A stretch of 35,559 bases of DNA from a virus. The stretch covers positions 1 through 35,559 of IMG/VR virus record IMGVR_UViG_3300014205_000160; one strand, 5' to 3'. This document shows positions 31,694 through 35,559 of the stretch, in pieces; the first letter of the stretch is position 1, and the number at the start of each line of letters is the position of its first letter. Made by a program: the position numbers and the translations under genes. The notes beneath the pieces were generated by a model. It searched no databases and was not told the origin of the DNA. It saw only the letters and a program-made list of their open reading frames with translations.

Positions 31694-32070
31694 TGCTCCT
31701 CACGCACTGGAAGCTGATCGGCGTGGCGCTGTTGATCGCGGTGCTGGCCGCTTGGGGTGCCATTGGCCGGATGCAGCTCGCCGGATGCCGGGCCGACCTG
31801 GCGCAGTCAGAGGCTCAGGTCACCGTCCTGTCGGCCTCGATCCAGCGCCAGAACGCGGCTGTGCGGGCCTTGGAGGAGGCGGGCAGCGCAGCGCAGGCCA
31901 AGGGTGCCCAGGCGCTCGCCAAGGCGCGGGAAGAGGCCAGGAAGCACGAATCCGAGCGGATCAAGCTGGCGGGCTTGGTGGCCGGCCAGAAGCCCCCGGA
32001 GGCCCCCCAGGGCATCAAGACGGGCTCCTGCGAGCATGGGCTGCTGATCGTGCGCGAGGCCCTGCAATGA
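31690..32070 (+). CDS. i-spanin (Rz-like)
   Basis: 126 aa. N-terminal TM segment WKLIGVALLIAVLAAWGAIG followed by a coiled-coil periplasmic domain. ATGA coupled to the endolysin. Confidence 0.7.
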   Translation: MMLLTHWKLIGVALLIAVLAAWGAIGRMQLAGCRADLAQSEAQVTVLSASIQRQNAAVRALEEAGSAAQAKGAQALAKAREEARKHESERIKLAGLVAGQKPPEAPQGIKTGSCEHGLLIVREALQ

Positions 32071-32336
32071 GGCTCCTGGTGCTGCTGCTGCCCCTTCTGG
32101 CCGGGTGCGTGGGCAATCCGGTCATCCCGACCGAGGTCCGGGTGCCGGTGCCGGTGTCGTGCGTGACCGAGCAGCCCGTCAAGCCGCGCATGCTCAGCAA
32201 CGCAGAACTTCGGGCCCTGGACGACTTCAAGCTGCCGATCGCCCTGACTCTGGACCGCGCGCAGCGGATTCAGTACGAGGCCGAACTTGAGGCCGTGCTG
32301 GCCGGGTGCTGGATTCCGAAGGCCGGCGGGCTGTGA
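32067..32336 (+). CDS. o-spanin (Rz1-like lipoprotein), separate rather than embedded
   Basis: ATG 32067 (ATGA overlap). Lipobox LLAGC in MRLLVLLLPLLAGCVGN. Confidence 0.7.
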   Translation: MRLLVLLLPLLAGCVGNPVIPTEVRVPVPVSCVTEQPVKPRMLSNAELRALDDFKLPIALTLDRAQRIQYEAELEAVLAGCWIPKAGGL

Positions 32337-32338
32337 TC

Positions 32339-32431
32339 ATGCCCGAGGGCACCCCCGACAGCCTGCTGTGCATCCTGTGGGCTGCGGGGCTGTGCGGAGG
32401 GGTGTGGCTGGTCAGGTGGTGGCTGGGGTAG
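32339..32431 (+). CDS. Possible 30-aa TM micro-ORF
   Basis: MPEGTPDSLLCILWAAGLCGGVWLVRWWLG, starting 3 nt after the o-spanin stop. Confidence 0.25.
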   Translation: MPEGTPDSLLCILWAAGLCGGVWLVRWWLG

Positions 32432-32703
32432 GTGTGCATTTTTGTGGCGTCCGTACCCGCTTTTCGGGGTGTTTCCGCTACTCTGCACGCTCTGTTCTCA
32501 TAGGGCAGGCAGCGTCGCCGAAGGACTCAAAATCCGCCGACTAATCATCGTAAGGGTTCGAGTCCCTTTTCCGGCACCATAGGGAAAACAGGCAGTTACG
32601 CTGCCTTTGCCTTCTTGCCCCGGCTCGACCGGGTGTGCATTTTTCCGGCCTGCCCAATCCCGGAAAGCACCCTCTCCGCATGCTCGGTGACCAGGTGTGC
32701 ATA
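32431..32703 (+). repeat. Three direct copies of GGTGTGCAT(TTTT) flanking the att core (candidate integrase arm-type sites)
   Basis: Copies at 32431-32443 and 32632-32644 (13/13 identical) and a 10-nt copy at 32694-32703. Confidence 0.45.
32523..32579 (+). other. attP core: 3' portion of a tRNA-Leu(CAA)-like gene (anticodon loop to CCA end)
   Basis: Loop CTCAAAA (anticodon CAA), a long variable region, T-arm AAGGG-TTCGAGT-CCCTT and acceptor TTCCGGC-A-CCA. No matching 5' acceptor or D-arm lies upstream. It sits immediately next to int. Confidence 0.7.
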
Positions 32704-33633
32704 CCTCGCGCTCGAGGCCCAATGCTTGTGATGCAGCGCCGCTGATACGTCCGCGAGCGTGCCATTGTTCAACAGGATGTCCGTGGCCACGACATGACGC
32801 CCTGCATGCGGCACCAGGTCTGGGAGGCCGGACTTCTTCCGCGCGGCGTTGTAGCGGTCGTAGTAGTAGCGTGTCGAGTGCCTGAAGGGGAGGAATTTCA
32901 GCGTCCACCTTGCCTGCGGGGGAACGGGCACGAAGCGGGGTGTGCCGTTCTTCGTCTGGCCGACGACCAGCCGTACCCGGGCCTTGCCCTTGACCACCAT
33001 GCGGCTTACGTCCTCGGGCTGGCGCGGCAGGATTTCGGAGGTCCAGCGGGAGCCCGTGTAGAACGCCAGGGTGAAGAGCGCCCGCGTCTCTTCGTCGTCG
33101 ATCCGCTCCAGGTGGCGCTCGTACTCATCGACCGGGAGCATTACATCGCGCACGTTGTCCACGGCCGGGAATTCCATCTGTCCCGTTGGGTCGTGTGGCG
33201 TCAGCTTGTGCTTCTTGAAGGCGTAGCGGCAGGCGGCGCGCAGGTAGGCGAGGCGGTTGCGGATGGTGGCCGGCGCCAGGTCTGGGTTCTCCTTCGCGTA
33301 TTCCCGGCTCACATCGGCGAGCATGGACATCGGACGCCCTTCGATGTACCCGGCAAGGTAGGCCAGCTCCTGGGCGATGCCCCTTCCGTCGCGCAGACTG
33401 GGAATGCGATGGTCGAGGTACAGCTCTACTGCCCGCTCGATCAGCGGTTCGGGACGCTCGACACCAGTTGCAACGGCGTAGAGGCGCGCTGTTTCTTCGC
33501 GGTCGTAGGCCTCGGCTTTGGCTCGACCCCATGCCGCCGGAAGCAGTTTAGTAGCCCGGTGCCGCTTGCCGCCAATGACACGGTTGAACGTGAAGCGCCA
33601 GCGTCTCTTTGCTTTGTCGATGTAGACCGGCAT
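32596..33633 (-). CDS. int: Tyrosine integrase
   Basis: 345 aa. N-terminal arm-binding-type YIDKAKRRWRFTFNRVIGGKRHR. C-terminal HAGRHVVATD...HHKHWASSARYAHL (R..H-x-x-R..H..Y catalytic pattern). Confidence 0.9.
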   Translation of the reverse strand: MPVYIDKAKRRWRFTFNRVIGGKRHRATKLLPAAWGRAKAEAYDREETARLYAVATGVERPEPLIERAVELYLDHRIPSLRDGRGIAQELAYLAGYIEGRPMSMLADVSREYAKENPDLAPATIRNRLAYLRAACRYAFKKHKLTPHDPTGQMEFPAVDNVRDVMLPVDEYERHLERIDDEETRALFTLAFYTGSRWTSEILPRQPEDVSRMVVKGKARVRLVVGQTKNGTPRFVPVPPQARWTLKFLPFRHSTRYYYDRYNAARKKSGLPDLVPHAGRHVVATDILLNNGTLADVSAALHHKHWASSARYAHLVTEHAERVLSGIGQAGKMHTRSSRGKKAKAA

Positions 33634-33785
33634 GCGATTCGGTATGCCTCAACGTCAGATTCTGCCCAGCGAGTGCGGCGCGCAGAAAGCGGGCTGCGCG
33701 GGATGGGCAGGGAGTATACCGCCCGCGGGGTGTCGGCCAGGCCCAGCAGGGCGGCGACCTCGGACAGGGTAAGGAGGCGACTCAC
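33441..33785 (-). CDS. xis: Excisionase/AlpA-like HTH protein (start and functional length uncertain)
   Basis: GTG start with no SD. LLTLSEVAALLGL...RRTRWAESDVEAYRIA resembles excisionase HTH proteins. The ORF runs 193 nt into int in another frame. Confidence 0.45.
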   Translation of the reverse strand: MSRLLTLSEVAALLGLADTPRAVYSLPIPRSPLSARRTRWAESDVEAYRIACRSTSTKQRDAGASRSTVSLAASGTGLLNCFRRHGVEPKPRPTTAKKQRASTPLQLVSSVPNR

Positions 33786-33827
33786 GGGCTCAGGCAGCGG
33801 CTTCGGAGAGTAGCAGAAGGCTCACGC

Positions 33828-34127
33828 CTACAGCGCCCCCGCTTTCTCTGCGGCTTCGATGGCGGCGCGGAGTTCTGCAACGCATCGGTCGTGTTCATCC
33901 CACTCGGGCTGGGTTGGACTGGCGTCCACCGCGTCGCCTGCGTTCTTCTCAGCAACGGCCGCCTTCACCACATCCATCAGCTTCTTGTACCGGGCTGTGG
34001 TCAGGAGGGTGCACGGTGTTTCGTGCAGCGGATTCTGACGGTCGCGCACTTCTTCTACGGAGATTTTCCCGTTGTACGCCCAGCCGTAGCACTTCACCGG
34101 CTTCACGCTTGCAAGGTTCTTAGGCAT
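33828..34127 (-). CDS. Hypothetical protein (99 aa)
   Basis: ORF-track ORF with SD GAGGG upstream. Confidence 0.6.
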   Translation of the reverse strand: MPKNLASVKPVKCYGWAYNGKISVEEVRDRQNPLHETPCTLLTTARYKKLMDVVKAAVAEKNAGDAVDASPTQPEWDEHDRCVAELRAAIEAAEKAGAL

Positions 34128-34130
34128 GAG

Positions 34131-34985
34131 TCATGCCCTCGCCAGTTCGTGAGTGCGGGGAACGGTGAACCCTGCCGCGTGCTTGTGACCGCCCCCGCCG
34201 TACTGCTTGGCAATCTCCGAAACGTCCTGTCCATCATCGGTTGAGCGCAGACCAAAGATGCGCCCCTTCTCGGTGTCCCAATAGCAGGCGGCAAACGGCT
34301 CACCTTGCGCCATCTTGTGCGCTGCGTCGCTGACAAGGGTGTACGGCAGGCTTGCCACGGGAACGTCTACACCGCCGATCACCATGCGGCGCTGGCAGAC
34401 CTTGAGCAGTTCAGCAATGTCCTTGTGGTGCTTGCGCTCGATAGCCGCCCCTGCGACAGTCATTTGCAGGAGTTCCGTCTGCCCTGCGGACATAAGCTTG
34501 TCCCACAGTTCAAAGGTGTACTCGTAGCTGAACACGTTGGCTTGAATCTCCCGCGTGCCGGGCAGCTTGAAGCGCCACAGGTCACGATCCTCGATGTGGC
34601 CTAGAAGCAGGGGGCGCGGCTCTCCGGGGAACAGGTAATCCCAAGCCAGCGTAGCGCCGGAGCGTTCCAAGTCGGTGAAATGCGCAAGCTGTTTAGGCTC
34701 GCCCCTCCAACTATCCTGCATGAACAACGGTTGCAGGTCGTCTATGGCGGTCTTGTGGTGGTCAATCAGCGTCACGCTCGCGGCCTTTTGGAGCATGCCG
34801 ATCACGACCTCGCGCTTGTAGCTGAAGTCCACAAGGAACACATCGCGGTCGGTTACATCTGGCGGCGGAGTCTGGTACACGCCTGCAACGTAATCGGCCG
34901 CATCCCCGTACTTTTTCCAGAAGCACCACGCGGCGCTAAATCCATCTGCACAGTTGCCGTGGTAAATCACTAGAGTCTTAGCCAT
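34131..34985 (-). CDS. DHH/DHHA1-family phosphoesterase (NrnA/RecJ-core-like)
   Basis: Start refined to ATG 34985 (MAKTLVIYHGNCADG...). Motifs HGNCADG, FLVDFS, LIDHHKT, EDRDLW and GGGGHKHAAGF are present. Confidence 0.8.
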   Translation of the reverse strand: MAKTLVIYHGNCADGFSAAWCFWKKYGDAADYVAGVYQTPPPDVTDRDVFLVDFSYKREVVIGMLQKAASVTLIDHHKTAIDDLQPLFMQDSWRGEPKQLAHFTDLERSGATLAWDYLFPGEPRPLLLGHIEDRDLWRFKLPGTREIQANVFSYEYTFELWDKLMSAGQTELLQMTVAGAAIERKHHKDIAELLKVCQRRMVIGGVDVPVASLPYTLVSDAAHKMAQGEPFAACYWDTEKGRIFGLRSTDDGQDVSEIAKQYGGGGHKHAAGFTVPRTHELARA

Positions 34986-35145
34986 TGCCTTTCTCCTTCT
35001 CCATTTCAGCCCGGACGCGGGCGACAATTGCCGAAATGTTGCAATGTGTTGACGGCCATGTTCTCGGTTTTTGAGCGCGAATCTCAACCGCCTCTCCCAC
35101 CCTCCGCGCCAGTTCGTCGGCCAGCGCCTTCTCGGTCTGATTCAT
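34978..35145 (-). CDS. Hypothetical protein (55 aa)
   Basis: Start refined to ATG 35145 (MNQTEKALADEL...), which overlaps the stop of the repeat protein (ATGA). Confidence 0.5.
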   Translation of the reverse strand: MNQTEKALADELARRVGEAVEIRAQKPRTWPSTHCNISAIVARVRAEMEKEKGNG

Positions 35146-35559
35146 TTCCACGCCTCCACCAAGTCGAGTCTGTCGAACTGCACGGCCACGAGATTTGCCC
35201 ATCCGAGATAGACCATCGCGTGCTTGCTGTCCTCGCCGTGCGTCTCGCGTACTTTTGCGCGGAACTCGGGCAGCGTCCCGAGGAAGCAGCCGCAGCGGAT
35301 CAGCGGCCCACACTCAACGTGGAGTGCGTAGGTCGTGCGGCCTTCACTTCCGGCGTAGCCTAGCGAGAAGATCGGTTTGCGTGTGATCGCGGTCTTACCT
35401 TCCAGAACGCACCGCTCTCCGAAGCCGCACTCTTCTCCGAAGCGGCACCACGCTCCGAAGCTGCACCGCTCTCCGAAGCGGCACCACGCTCCGAAGACGC
35501 ACCCCTGTCCGAAGCTGCACCGCTCTCCGAAGTTGCACCGCGCCCCGAAGCGGCACCAC
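35142..35559 (-). CDS. C-terminal part of the FGxxCx hexapeptide-repeat protein (paralogue B). The gene starts at nt 215 across the circular junction.
   Basis: Stop is the complement of 35142-35144. Nine FG..C. hexads are followed by LEGKTAITRKPIFSLGYAGSEGRTTYALHVECGPLIRCGCFLGTLPEFRAKVRETHGEDSKH..., homologous to the C-terminus of the 3535..4143 protein. Confidence 0.75.
   Translation of the reverse strand, partial: WCRFGARCNFGERCSFGQGCVFGAWCRFGERCSFGAWCRFGEECGFGERCVLEGKTAITRKPIFSLGYAGSEGRTTYALHVECGPLIRCGCFLGTLPEFRAKVRETHGEDSKHAMVYLGWANLVAVQFDRLDLVEAWK
35407..35559. repeat. 9 x 18-bp tandem repeat (coding). The last unit is completed at nt 115-123 of the window start.
   Basis: Units end in CCGAAG. 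Units 3, 5 and 9 are identical (cggcaccacgctccgaag), and units 4 and 7 are identical (ctgcaccgctctccgaag). Confidence 0.9.

Larger units (their letters stand above)
1..35559. mobile_element. Complete circularly closed temperate phage genome (unique length about 35,445 bp)
   Basis: The window ends overlap exactly (1-114 = 35446-35559). Gene content covers integration, immunity, recombination, replication, packaging, virion and lysis. An attP-like tRNA fragment lies next to the integrase. Confidence 0.85.

Noticed and set aside
32490-32579. A possible complete tRNA-Leu gene.
   Set aside because: Only the anticodon loop, variable arm, T-arm and 3' acceptor strand are present. No GCCGGAA 5' acceptor strand or D-arm lies upstream, and the 5' side of the anticodon stem does not pair. 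I interpret it as an attP fragment.
33797-33810. An inverted 14-nt match (gcggcttcggagag) to the 18-bp repeat unit junction ctctccgaagccgc at 35415-35428.
   Set aside because: A few 14-mer matches are expected by chance in a 35-kb GC-rich genome when both orientations are counted. There is no extended similarity around it.

Overview
The window is a complete temperate phage genome that closes into a circle. Nt 1-114 are identical to 35446-35559, so the unique length is about 35,445 bp. I saw no obvious host genes.

Layout, in genome order:
- attP: the 3' half of a tRNA-Leu(CAA)-like gene at about 32523-32579, flanked by GGTGTGCAT repeats.
- A tyrosine integrase and an Xis-like gene.
- A long leftward early operon that crosses the window junction. 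It carries a DHH/DHHA1 phosphoesterase, two paralogous proteins built on 18-bp tandem repeats, an Ea22-like gene, a YqaJ exonuclease plus ERF annealase, and many 4-nt-coupled small ORFs.
- The immunity switch: a short CI-like repressor, four CTCAAANNTTTG operators, PR, and a Cro-like gene.
- Rightward early genes: a tR1-like terminator, a possible CII-like gene, a replication initiator with internal iteron-like repeats, a helicase, three DNA methyltransferase genes plus one methyltransferase remnant, NinB and NinG.
- A two-gene cassette on the opposite strand with its own promoter, whose second protein ends in a ribbon-helix-helix (RHH) domain.
- An AT-rich leader with an orphan terminator.
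- A podovirus-type morphogenesis module: TerS, TerL, mini-GNAT, large portal, scaffold, coat, decoration-like protein, gp10-like protein, ejection proteins and tail fibre.
- A lysis cassette: membrane proteins/holin, a GH19 endolysin and separate spanins.

The best candidates for new biology are:
- the pair of hexapeptide-repeat proteins encoded by DNA-homogenised 18-bp arrays;
- the reverse-oriented RHH cassette (13503-14200);
- the methyltransferase cluster, with its shared recombination-like linkers, a (TGC)9 poly-Cys microsatellite and an in-frame TGA;
- the phage DHH phosphoesterase.

All functional calls rest on motif recognition by eye. No database search was run.
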